From: a virus
Direction: 5' to 3' (one strand)
Length of the DNA: 64,000 nucleotides
Virus record (IMG/VR): IMGVR_UViG_3300045454_000060
Coordinates: 38,456-102,455 of that record
Shown here: piece by piece, positions 1 to 8,756 of the stretch
Position numbering within the stretch: position 1 is the stretch's first letter
Layout of the letters: every line of letters begins with the position of its first letter
Program-made: the position numbers and the translations under genes
Notes under the pieces: generated by a model
The model's database searches: none
What the model saw: only the letters and a program-made list of their open reading frames with translations
Told to the model about the DNA's origin: nothing

Positions 1-14
1 CGGCGGTTCTCAAG

Positions 15-236
15 GTGGATCTCGACGGCCATCGCGCGATGATTCGCGACGAGATCGCCACCCGTTTGCAGGCGAGTTCCGAGCGCGAGACGCGCCTCCT
101 GAAGCAGCTCGAGGAGCTGCAGGCCAAGGTCGGCTCCGTGCAGCGATGGATGTGGATGCTGATGGGCGGCGGCACGACGCTGATGCTGCTCTCGCGGCTG
201 GTGTCCATCCCCGTGAAACTCACGATCGGCGGTTGA
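15..236 (+). CDS. Small coiled-coil protein with C-terminal TM helix (lysis region; may start upstream of the window)
   Basis: Coiled-coil then hydrophobic WMWMLMGGGTTLMLL; stop 1 nt before the next ATG. Confidence 0.55.
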   Translation: MDLDGHRAMIRDEIATRLQASSERETRLLKQLEELQAKVGSVQRWMWMLMGGGTTLMLLSRLVSIPVKLTIGG

Positions 237-237
237 T

Positions 238-741
238 ATGATCCCAGGCATCGAAACCCTGCTCGGCGGCGCGCTTGGCGGACTGTTCCGGCTCGGCCAG
301 GCGTTTCTCGAGACGCGCGAGAAGCAGCGCGACCGCGACCACGAGTTCCGCATGATGGAGCTGCAGGGTCGGCAGGCGGTGGCGGCCGCCGAGGCCCGGC
401 TGCGCGAGGTCGCAATCGACGGGCAGTTCAAGCTGGAAGCGACCGATGTCCAGGCGATCATGGAAGCGACCAAGGCGCAGGCGCTCGAGGCCTCCACCGC
501 CGGCGGCTGGGCGGCGTTCCTCTCCGCCACCGTGCGCCCCGTTCTCACCTATCTCCTGGCGCTGCTCTATATCGGCCACAAGATCGCTCTGATCGGCGCC
601 GCGCTGATGGTGTCCGGCGACCCGCTGCCTTCGGTGGTTCTCGCCTTCACCGAGGCCGATCATGCGATCCTGTCCTCGATCCTGTCCTTCTGGTTCGTCG
701 ATCGTTCGCTCCGCAAGGGGCGCAGTCCGATCACCAGCTAG
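238..741 (+). CDS. Putative holin-like membrane protein
   Basis: Gly-rich N-terminal helix plus hydrophobic segments (VRPVLTYLLALLY; ILSSILSFWFVDR), directly upstream of the lysozyme. Confidence 0.6.
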   Translation: MIPGIETLLGGALGGLFRLGQAFLETREKQRDRDHEFRMMELQGRQAVAAAEARLREVAIDGQFKLEATDVQAIMEATKAQALEASTAGGWAAFLSATVRPVLTYLLALLYIGHKIALIGAALMVSGDPLPSVVLAFTEADHAILSSILSFWFVDRSLRKGRSPITS

Positions 742-747
742 ACGATC

Positions 748-1347
748 ATGCGCACGCCTGACGAGGCCAAGGCGCTGATCAAGCGTGCCGAGGGGTTCCA
801 TCGACGCCTGCCGGATGGCCGTGCCGCCCCCTATCTCTGTCCCGCCAATATCTGGACCATCGGCTGGGGCTCGACGCGCGATCTTCAGGGGGCGCCGATC
901 ACTCGCGACACGCCGCCCGTCACGGTCGAGGAGGCCGAGCTGCTGTTCGGGCGCGATCTGCGTCTGTTCGAGGAGGGAGTGCGTCGGCTGGTCAGCGTGC
1001 CGCTCACCAACAACCAGTTCGGCGCTCTGGTGTCTTTCGCCTACAATCTCGGGCTCGGTCGGCTGCGCAGTTCGACGCTGCTGCGCCGGCTGAACGCCGG
1101 TCGATATGAGGATGCGGCCAACGAGTTCCCGAAATGGGTGATGGCGGGCGGCCGACGCCTGCCCGGGCTGGTCATCAGGCGCGAGCAGGAACGAGTGCTG
1201 TTCCTCAAGCCGGACAGCGCAGGCCCGCCCGCTGATTCGGCGACAGACCGCCATGCAACCACCGGAGATGGCGGAAGCTGGATCAGCCGTTTTCTGAGGG
1301 CGTTTCAGCGCGGCGCCGAAGGATCGGTCTGGGCTGGCCGCTTCTAA
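748..1347 (+). CDS. Endolysin, GH24 phage lysozyme
   Basis: AEG...YLCPANIWTIGWGST, QFGALVSFAYNLG, GLVIRREQE motifs. Confidence 0.93.
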   Translation: MRTPDEAKALIKRAEGFHRRLPDGRAAPYLCPANIWTIGWGSTRDLQGAPITRDTPPVTVEEAELLFGRDLRLFEEGVRRLVSVPLTNNQFGALVSFAYNLGLGRLRSSTLLRRLNAGRYEDAANEFPKWVMAGGRRLPGLVIRREQERVLFLKPDSAGPPADSATDRHATTGDGGSWISRFLRAFQRGAEGSVWAGRF

Positions 1348-1443
1348 TCTGTGGTATAAGTCACCACTGATTACTATAAAAGCTACAACTGAATCTAGTT
1401 TCGCTTGACAGTGGGCTTCGCCCAGCCCGAGACGGAGAAAGTG

Positions 1444-2613
1444 ATGGCGGTCAGTAAGAAACCCGATGCTGCAGCTCAGCGCGCCGAGGTTCCGTTCTCG
1501 GAAGATGCCTCCAAGCTCACTGTGGCATCGCGCCGGGAGCTGATCGCCGATCTGCGGCGGCTCGTGGAGGCCGAGCCCACGCGGGTGATCAGCCGGAATT
1601 ACTACCGGGTGAACGGCCGCTACGCCGAGAGCGCCTGGACCGGCGTGTTCGGGACCTTCGCGGAGTTCAAGAAGCAGGCCAATGTCACGCCGTCGCGGCA
1701 CGTGCAGGCGCTGGAGAAGCAGGTCGCCAAGCACGCCTCGGTCGAGCGCATTCGCGTGCTCTCGGAGGAGCGCAAGGGCTATGCCGAGCGTTACCTGATT
1801 CCGGACAAGCGCCGCTTCCAGACGCATGTGGTCGTGTCCGACATCCATGATCGCAGAGCGGATCCGTTCGTGGTCCGGGTGCTGCTCGACACCCTCGAGC
1901 GCATCCAGCCCTCGCGCTTCATCGAGGGCGGCGACACCTTCGACCTTCCCGAGTTCGGCAAATACGCCATCGACCCGCGCGAGTGGGATGTCACCGGGCG
2001 AATCCAGTGGGTGCGCGAGTTCCATGCCGAGGTGCGCCGGCGTTGTCCGAACACGCAGATCGACGTGCTGGAGGGCAATCATGAGCATCGCCTGCTGCGC
2101 CATCTGGCCGAGGCCTCGCCGGCGATGCGCGCGGTGCTGGCCGATCTGCACGGCTTCACGGTTCCGAAGCTGCTCTGCCTCGACGAGTTCGGCATCAACT
2201 ACGTGGCGCGTTCCGATCTCGCCACCTTCACTCAGGCCGACGTCAAGCGCGAGGTGGCGAAGAACTACCTGATCGTCGATGGCGCCTTCCTGGTGCACCA
2301 TTTCCCCGAGGGGATGGCGATGGGCTTCCCGGGCATGCACGGGCATCACCACAAGCACATCGCGTGGCCGCACTACAGCCCGGTCTTCGGGTCCTTCACC
2401 TGGCACCAGCTCGGCTGCGTGCATCGTCGCGAGGCGTCCTACTGTGCCGGCGAGAAGTGGGCGAACGGCTTCATGATCGCGCATGTGGACACGCTGAAGA
2501 AGCACACCGCCCTCGAATATGTCGAGTTCCAGGAGGATCACGTGGTCGTCGGCGGCAAGTGGTATGAGCGTTCCGAGAGCGAGCGATTCGTCCACGTCAA
2601 GCAAAAGGTGTAA
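1444..2613 (+). CDS. Calcineurin-like metallophosphoesterase
   Basis: SDIHD, GGDTFD, EGNHE, HGHHH motifs; GGAG SD before the GTG/ATG at 1441/1444. Confidence 0.8.
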   Translation: MAVSKKPDAAAQRAEVPFSEDASKLTVASRRELIADLRRLVEAEPTRVISRNYYRVNGRYAESAWTGVFGTFAEFKKQANVTPSRHVQALEKQVAKHASVERIRVLSEERKGYAERYLIPDKRRFQTHVVVSDIHDRRADPFVVRVLLDTLERIQPSRFIEGGDTFDLPEFGKYAIDPREWDVTGRIQWVREFHAEVRRRCPNTQIDVLEGNHEHRLLRHLAEASPAMRAVLADLHGFTVPKLLCLDEFGINYVARSDLATFTQADVKREVAKNYLIVDGAFLVHHFPEGMAMGFPGMHGHHHKHIAWPHYSPVFGSFTWHQLGCVHRREASYCAGEKWANGFMIAHVDTLKKHTALEYVEFQEDHVVVGGKWYERSESERFVHVKQKV

Positions 2614-2680
2614 CTGACAATCAGTCATCGCTGAGATATGCTAGTGTTCGCCATTGAATAGGCGACACAGGAGCATACCG

Positions 2681-3496
2681 ATGAGCAAGTCCCTTCGCGG
2701 TTCCCGGCGTGAAAACGCCAAGAACAAGAGGGAGGGACGTGGTGTGCTCCCCCTCACGTCCTCTTGCGAGGACGCATTGCGCGACTTTCCTGCCGCGCGC
2801 GAGACTGCATTCCGACCCATCAACACCTCCCAGGCGCGCTATGCCGGTTTGATCGGCTCGATGGAGCTGGTCTTCGGGCTGGGCCCGGCCGGCACCGGCA
2901 AGACCTATGTCGCCGGGATGCTGGCCGCCGAGGCGCTGCTCGAGGGCAGGGTGAAGCGCATCATCGCCACGCGGCCGATCGTCGAGGCGGGAGAGGAGCT
3001 CGGCTTCCTGCCCGGCGAGCTCGAGGAGAAGACCGCCCCTTATTTCCGCCCGCTGCGCGAGGTGCTGGAGCGGCGTCTCGGCCGCGGCCATGTCGAGGCG
3101 CTGATCAAGGGGCGCAAGATCGAGATGCTGCCGCTCGCCTTCATGCGCGGGCACTCCTTCCAGGACGCCTTCGTCATTCTCGACGAGGCGCAGAACACCA
3201 CCCCGACGCAGATGAAGATGTTCCTGACCCGCCAGGGGGAGGGGTCGGTCGTGGTGGTGGACGGCGACAGCACGCAGAAGGACATTCCCGGCCCGTCCGG
3301 CCTGGTCGATGCCGTGCGTCGCCTGCGCGATCTGCCGAGCGTCGGCGTTCATCGCTTCACGCGCGAGGATATCGTGCGCTCCGGGCTGGTGCAGGCGATC
3401 GTGGAGCGCTACGAGGAGCCCGACGAGGCCTTCGAGGCCGAGGTCGAGGATGCCACGGCGGGGTTGCAGCGGGTGCTGGATCTGCGTCGCCCTTGA
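2681..3496 (+). CDS. phoH: PhoH-family ATPase
   Basis: GPAGTGKT, LGFLPG, FMRGHSF, ILDEAQN, GDSTQKD, DIVRSGLV; AGGAG SD before ATG 2681. Confidence 0.95.
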   Translation: MSKSLRGSRRENAKNKREGRGVLPLTSSCEDALRDFPAARETAFRPINTSQARYAGLIGSMELVFGLGPAGTGKTYVAGMLAAEALLEGRVKRIIATRPIVEAGEELGFLPGELEEKTAPYFRPLREVLERRLGRGHVEALIKGRKIEMLPLAFMRGHSFQDAFVILDEAQNTTPTQMKMFLTRQGEGSVVVVDGDSTQKDIPGPSGLVDAVRRLRDLPSVGVHRFTREDIVRSGLVQAIVERYEEPDEAFEAEVEDATAGLQRVLDLRRP

Positions 3497-3521
3497 AAAT
3501 CCCGGGCGGGGCGGGCATATT
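3493..3521 (+). promoter_or_regulatory. Sigma70-like promoter TTGAAA-17nt-CATATT
   Basis: Exact 17-nt spacing, at the start of a 300-nt intergenic region. Confidence 0.5.
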
Positions 3522-3522
3522 G

Positions 3523-3785
3523 CCGGAGGCCTGGAGCGGGAGCGATCCCGCCCCAGGCGCCGTCCGGTAGGCTACCCGGCGGTTCCGAATTGCACTCGGA
3601 ACCGCCACCTACCGAACCGGACTTCCAGATACACCCTCACGAGCATATCTGTTCTCCGGTTGGTGTGGCGTGATTGCCACACCCTTCGGGCGTCGTGACG
3701 CCCGAAGCCCGAGCGCGAGGTGCATCCCGCGTCGTGCCGTGATGCTAGCAGATTCTCCCGGAGAGCGGGGCATCTCCTGCCCCGC
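3523..3785. ncRNA. Highly structured intergenic RNA candidate
   Basis: At least six hairpins, e.g. GGCGGTTCCGA/TCGGAACCGCC 3578-3606, GGTGTGGC/GCCACACC 3662-3683, CTTCGGGCGT/ACGCCCGAAG 3684-3707; closing stem CCGGAG(3523)/CTCCGG(3654). Confidence 0.5.
3572..3646 (-). CDS. Putative 24-aa peptide MLVRVYLEVRFGRWRFRVQFGTAG
   Basis: GGAG SD 7 nt before ATG on the minus strand; basic/hydrophobic peptide inside the structured region. Confidence 0.4.
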   Translation of the reverse strand: MLVRVYLEVRFGRWRFRVQFGTAG

Positions 3786-3802
3786 GCGACTATGCTTGCC
3801 GC

Positions 3803-4606
3803 ATGACGAGACTGAGCGATCTGACGTGGTGGGAGGCCGACTTCCCCGGCAAGTCCCTCGACCGCGACGCCTGCGAGGCGCTGTTGTTCGACCGCTGGCC
3901 CGAGCGTGAGCGTCGGCGCGAGCCGGAGCTGATGGGCACCAAGTGGTGGGATGTGCGCCTGCTGCACCCTGTCCAGGCGACCTATTGGTTTGCGCATCTG
4001 CTCACGTTCGAGGTGCGGCGGATCATTCGCGAGCATCTCGACGACCGCGCGCCCTCGCTCAGCGCGTCCGGGCGCGTGCTCGACTGGCACCCGATCAAGA
4101 GCGGTGACGTGTTCGAGCCGCCCTTGGATGAGCGCCGGCGACCCTACTGGAAGCGCAAGATCATCGGTCTGATTCGGGCACGCCAGGCAGCCGATCTCGA
4201 CGGGGTGCCCTACGAGGTGTTTGTCGCCTCCGGCCTCAAGCATTTCTATTTCGGCCGCGGCGCCTATGTGCTGGCACGGTCGGCGGTGAAGATGCCGGAG
4301 CCCAATCTGCTCTACGGCGAGAACTGCCTGGCGCAGATCCGCGAGGACTGGCTCGCGCAGCTCCAGGTGCGTCCCTGGGCGGCCAGGCACGGGCGCTATC
4401 GCCTCGCGCATGATGACGGCCATCCCGATCATCGCGCGCATCGCGACTGGCTGGTGCAGCAGCTCTCCCTGCGCTCCCAGCCCGAGCTTGCTGCGGCGCG
4501 GCTGGTGCGCGACGGGCTGCTGTCGCGCCCTGAGGCCGAGAAGGTCTGTCTTGCGCGGGGGCGATCGGTGTTGACGCGGTTCAGCCGCGCCCTGGAAGGG
4601 GCGTGA
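3803..4606 (+). CDS. Hypothetical protein upstream of the helicase (possible initiator/loader)
   Basis: 267-aa ORF with phage-like codon usage; function inferred from position only. Confidence 0.7.
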   Translation: MTRLSDLTWWEADFPGKSLDRDACEALLFDRWPERERRREPELMGTKWWDVRLLHPVQATYWFAHLLTFEVRRIIREHLDDRAPSLSASGRVLDWHPIKSGDVFEPPLDERRRPYWKRKIIGLIRARQAADLDGVPYEVFVASGLKHFYFGRGAYVLARSAVKMPEPNLLYGENCLAQIREDWLAQLQVRPWAARHGRYRLAHDDGHPDHRAHRDWLVQQLSLRSQPELAAARLVRDGLLSRPEAEKVCLARGRSVLTRFSRALEGA

Positions 4607-4666
4607 AAACGCGCTTGCCGGTCAGTCATACGTGACTTATGACTCTGTGAGCGCTGATGGGATCAG

Positions 4667-6010
4667 GTGATGACGACGCCGGTTTACGAGTTCGACGCCG
4701 AGACACAGACCGAGATCTGCTCGCTGCTGATGTGGGACCATGATTTCGCTCGTCGCACCGATGGGCTGATCAAGCCTGCCTATCTGGAGAACGATGTCGA
4801 GCGCGGCTTTGCGCGGCTCGCGATCGCCTTCTTCCGTCGCTATGGCGAGGTGCCGTCGCGCACTGCCTGGGTCGAGCTGGTCAAGGATGGCTTCAAGCTG
4901 AAGCCGCCGATCTGGCGCGAGGATCAGAAGAAGGACGTGGTCGAGAGGCTGGCGCTGACCGCGCGGCTGACCGTGCGCTCCCGCCAATTTCTGCTCGACA
5001 AGATCGCCGAGTTCGCGCAGCAGCAGGAGATCACCCAGGCGATGATCTCGGCGGCGGCCGAGCTCGGTAAGACGCACGACCCGGAGCGCTTCGCGCGCAT
5101 CAAGGACAGGCTCGGCCAGGCCTTCGCGGTCGGGCTGCGCGACGGCGACGAGGATTACGACTTCTTCGAGCGGATCGAGGAGCGCACGGAGGATCGCCTT
5201 GCGCGTGCCTCGGGTTCCCTGCCGCGCACCGGCATCACCACCGGGATCAGGGAGCTTGATGGTCTGCTGACCACGCATGGCGGCTGGGGCCGCAAGGAGC
5301 TCAGCCTGTTCATGGGGGCGATGAAGGCCTCCAAGAGCTTCCATCTCACGAGTGCGGCGGCGGCGGCCGTGATGGCCGGCAAGAACGTGCTGTTCGTCAC
5401 CTGCGAGAACGCGATCGACATCCAGGCCAGGCGCATCGACGCCTACATGTCCGACATCGCCATGTCGGATTTCCTGCGCAGTCCGCATACCGTGCGCGGC
5501 GCGGTCGAGGCGGTGGCGGTCTCGGGCAGAGTCGGCAAACTCAAGATTCGCGAGTTCCCGACCATGCAGTTCCGCCCCCGCGACCTCGAGCGATTGATCG
5601 AGGAATACAAGACCAAGGGGCTGATCTTCGATCTGGTCGTGATCGACTATCTCGACCTGATGACCTCCGACATGCCGATCGAGAAGGACACCGAGCGCTC
5701 CAAGCACATCTATGCGCGTTGTCGCGGCATCGCCATGAAGGAGGGGTTCGCGCTGCTGAGCGCCACCCAGACCACGCGCCAGGGGGCGAAGGCCGCCGTC
5801 GCCACTGCCACCGATGTTGCCGAGGACATCAATCGGGTGCGCATCGCCGATCTCGTGATCTCGATCAATCGCACGGAGGAGGAGCGCGCGAACGGCAAGG
5901 CACGCCTCTACATCGCGGCGGCACGCAATGAGCGCGACGGTGTCACCCTGTTCATCACGCAGGATCTTGATCGTGGCAGGGCGGTCAAGGACGTCGAGGC
6001 GGTCGAGTGA
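4667..6010 (+). CDS. dnaB: DnaB-like SF4 replicative helicase
   Basis: ITTGIRELD, variant Walker A GAMKASKS, Walker B LVVIDYLD, ATQ and ADLVISIN motifs. Confidence 0.88.
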   Translation: MMTTPVYEFDAETQTEICSLLMWDHDFARRTDGLIKPAYLENDVERGFARLAIAFFRRYGEVPSRTAWVELVKDGFKLKPPIWREDQKKDVVERLALTARLTVRSRQFLLDKIAEFAQQQEITQAMISAAAELGKTHDPERFARIKDRLGQAFAVGLRDGDEDYDFFERIEERTEDRLARASGSLPRTGITTGIRELDGLLTTHGGWGRKELSLFMGAMKASKSFHLTSAAAAAVMAGKNVLFVTCENAIDIQARRIDAYMSDIAMSDFLRSPHTVRGAVEAVAVSGRVGKLKIREFPTMQFRPRDLERLIEEYKTKGLIFDLVVIDYLDLMTSDMPIEKDTERSKHIYARCRGIAMKEGFALLSATQTTRQGAKAAVATATDVAEDINRVRIADLVISINRTEEERANGKARLYIAAARNERDGVTLFITQDLDRGRAVKDVEAVE

Positions 6011-7098
6011 GGGGCGAGCTCGAGGCGCTGATCGCTGACCTCGATCTCGAGGCGCTGCTCGATCACTTCGGGGTGGATTACCGGCGCACCGGCGGCGGCT
6101 CGAATCTCAACCTGCGCGAGTGCCCGTTCTGCCATGACGATCGCTGGCGCGCCTATATGAGCGTCGAGAAGAAGCTCGGGCTCTGCTTTCACGCCGACTG
6201 CCAGAAGCGCTGGAACCTGTTCTCCTTCGTCCGCGCCAAGCTCGAGACCGATGCGCGCGGGGCGATCAGATTCCTCGAGGATTACGGCAGCCAGGTGCTG
6301 GGCAGATCGACCCGCGCCAGCCTGGCGCGTGGCCAGGCGAGGCTGCCGACCGCATGGGAGCTGCCGGCGTCGGTGCCGCTGCCGACCGATGACGGCATGA
6401 CGCATCCCTACCTGGTGACGCGGCGCATCCTGCCCTTGACGCAGAGCCTGTTCGGGCTGCGCTGGTGCGAGGACGGCATCTACAGCTACGAGGACGTGGA
6501 CGGGCGGGCGCGGCGCATGTGGTTCGGCGGGCGGGTGCTGCATCCGATCTGCGATCTCGACGGCACGGTGGCGACCTTTGTCGGTCGCGATGTCGGTGGC
6601 GCCTCCACCGTTCGCTACCTGTTCCCGCCCCTGCTGCCGGCGGCCGGGCGCTACCTTTACGGGGGCGAGCGTCTGTCCGGTTTTGCGCATGTGGTGCTGG
6701 GCGAGGGCCCTTATGACTGCCTGGCGATTCACCAGGCGATCGTCGACCACCCGGATTTTCGCGATACGGCCGCCGCGGCCACATTTGGCCTGTCGATCGG
6801 ACATGCCGATCCCGAGAGCGGGAACGACCAGCTCGGGAGGCTGCTGCGCCTCAAGGAGACGGGTCTGCGGCGCGTGACCTTCCTCTGGGATGGCGAGAGG
6901 AACGCGCTCAAGGCGGCGCTCGAGGCGGCCGAGCTGGTGGCTGCGCATACCGGGTTGCACGTGCGCATCGGTCTTCTTCCCGGGGGCAAGGATCCGGCCG
7001 AGCTGGAGACCAGGGAGGTGCGTGCTGCGATCGGCCAGGCCAGACCGTTCGAGCCGCGTCTCAAGCTGCTGTGGAGCCTGAAGAACCCCTATGATTAA
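6007..7098 (+). CDS. DNA primase (Zn finger + TOPRIM)
   Basis: CPFC..CFHADC zinc binder, FVGR, EGPYD, LWDGE, GKDP; coupled to the helicase. Confidence 0.88.
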   Translation: MRGELEALIADLDLEALLDHFGVDYRRTGGGSNLNLRECPFCHDDRWRAYMSVEKKLGLCFHADCQKRWNLFSFVRAKLETDARGAIRFLEDYGSQVLGRSTRASLARGQARLPTAWELPASVPLPTDDGMTHPYLVTRRILPLTQSLFGLRWCEDGIYSYEDVDGRARRMWFGGRVLHPICDLDGTVATFVGRDVGGASTVRYLFPPLLPAAGRYLYGGERLSGFAHVVLGEGPYDCLAIHQAIVDHPDFRDTAAAATFGLSIGHADPESGNDQLGRLLRLKETGLRRVTFLWDGERNALKAALEAAELVAAHTGLHVRIGLLPGGKDPAELETREVRAAIGQARPFEPRLKLLWSLKNPYD

Positions 7099-7177
7099 TC
7101 ACGGGTGAGTGTTGACGCCTGCGCGCGTCTGAGCGATAGCGTCGTGTGCAGTGGGGCGCTGAGAGGAGGGCGGGGAC

Positions 7178-7756
7178 ATGGGGCTGTATGTTGTGCGCGG
7201 CACAGTGATGACCCGGAGGAACGGGGATGTCTGGCGCGCCGCGCTCTGCCAGGCTGTCGGGCTCAGGCTGGACAAGGCCATCCTGGTGCGCTCCTGGGCA
7301 AGCCGGAAGCACCCGCCCGGCGCCGCTGTCATGACGGGCACTTACCACGGCATGCACTCCAAGTTCGTCGAGGCGGTCGAGACCAAGACCTTCTCTGGAT
7401 ATGAGTCCATCTCCGATCGTCGTGCCGATGATCTGGAGGTCTCCCTGCGGGATCTGATCACGGGCGGCACTCACAGGACCTCCTGGATCTTCAACGAGAC
7501 TGCGGCGGAGGAGCTTGATCGTCTGGCGAAGGCTTTTGTTTCGATCGAGGCGATCTTGGCGCCGGAGAATCGCGATCAGTTGTCGCTGGATGCTCTGGCT
7601 CTGATTTCGGCCGGAGCGTCGCTCATCGACGCGCAGGCGATGCTGCGGGGTCATGTTCGGGATGTGGACGCGCCGATCGAGCGGCGGATCGAGCGGGAGA
7701 TCGCGCCGGGCGTGCCGATGGAGGAGTTGATCCCCGCCTGGGGATCCTGGGCATGA
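7178..7756 (+). CDS. Hypothetical protein ending PAWGSWA
   Basis: AGGAGG SD; preceded by a promoter motif. Confidence 0.7.
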   Translation: MGLYVVRGTVMTRRNGDVWRAALCQAVGLRLDKAILVRSWASRKHPPGAAVMTGTYHGMHSKFVEAVETKTFSGYESISDRRADDLEVSLRDLITGGTHRTSWIFNETAAEELDRLAKAFVSIEAILAPENRDQLSLDALALISAGASLIDAQAMLRGHVRDVDAPIERRIEREIAPGVPMEELIPAWGSWA

Positions 7757-7769
7757 GGGAGAACAGGGC

Positions 7770-8294
7770 GTGAACAAGACCTCGATTGTGGGCAGCAACC
7801 GCTACACCTTTCACTGCCCCGTGGTGGACAGGAACGAGCGGTTCCTGGCCTGCGCGTTCCGCAAGCACCGCAAGTGGCGCGGCGAGTCGATCGACGCGGA
7901 GGACTGCTCGGTGGTCATGAACGCCTCCAAGTGTCCGGCGGTGCATATGCTCGAGCTGGAGCATCGCGAGGGCAGGGCGATGTTTTTCGATTCGGCCGCC
8001 GACGAGGTGCACAAGCTGCCGTCAGCGATTCTGGATCGGATCGCGCGTATTCTGGTGTTGCCGTTCCACGGCATCGGCACAAAGATCGACCCGGAGACGC
8101 TTTCGGCGTTGGTCGGGCGCAAGGTCGAGCTGCCGGAACGGCAGGCGGCAGGTTCTGCCGAGACGGCACGCAAGGTGCCGCGTTCGGCGGCACGGGGTGC
8201 CGGCGGCAGGGGGTCGCAGGCGGAGCGCGGCAGTGTGCTCGATCACGTGGAGGGCGATGTGGCGAAGCAGATCAACAAGGCGATCGGGTCATGA
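7770..8294 (+). CDS. Hypothetical Cys-containing protein
   Basis: ORF in operon; FHCP..LAC..DC..KCP. Confidence 0.7.
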   Translation: MNKTSIVGSNRYTFHCPVVDRNERFLACAFRKHRKWRGESIDAEDCSVVMNASKCPAVHMLELEHREGRAMFFDSAADEVHKLPSAILDRIARILVLPFHGIGTKIDPETLSALVGRKVELPERQAAGSAETARKVPRSAARGAGGRGSQAERGSVLDHVEGDVAKQINKAIGS

Positions 8295-8476
8295 TGATGG
8301 TGCGCTGGGTGTTGCGGGGGCTGGGTGGTCTGGCTCTGCTGCTGTGGGGATTCGCGATGGTGGCGATCTATCGGGAGTTCGACATCAACTCCACGATGAT
8401 GATGTTCCTCGTCTCCACGGTCGGGATGACGGGCATTCTGCTGCTCTGTGGCTCGTTTCTGGGGCAGAGGGAATGA
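8291..8476 (+). CDS. Small two-TM membrane protein
   Basis: ATGA overlap with upstream gene; two hydrophobic segments. Confidence 0.6.
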   Translation: MMMVRWVLRGLGGLALLLWGFAMVAIYREFDINSTMMMFLVSTVGMTGILLLCGSFLGQRE

Positions 8477-8700
8477 GCACCCCCTACCTTGTGCTGCGGG
8501 GTGATCTGGCCGATGACGACGAGTCGGAGGCGGTCTGGCTCGAGCGGCATCCGAACGCGATCCTGTTCGGGGTCGATGACGGCATCGTCGCGGCGTTCAC
8601 CGATCCGAACATCGCCGCCGCATGGCTGATCGGGATTCTGCTGGGCGACGACATGCCCGAGCACGTCGAGGAGTGGTGCGCCTGGGCACGCGCGGAGTAG
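8473..8700 (+). CDS. Hypothetical protein MSTPYLVLRG
   Basis: ATGA overlap; GAGGG SD. Confidence 0.6.
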   Translation: MSTPYLVLRGDLADDDESEAVWLERHPNAILFGVDDGIVAAFTDPNIAAAWLIGILLGDDMPEHVEEWCAWARAE

Positions 8701-8723
8701 GGTGTCGTGGGTTGTTCCCCGGA

Positions 8724-8739
8724 TGTTCCACGTGAAACA
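8724..8739. promoter_or_regulatory. parS: Chromosomal-type parS palindrome TGTTCCACGTGAAACA
   Basis: 15/16 match to the consensus TGTTTCACGTGAAACA; intergenic, just downstream of repA. Confidence 0.8.
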
Positions 8740-8756
8740 GAGTCCGGGAAGGTATA

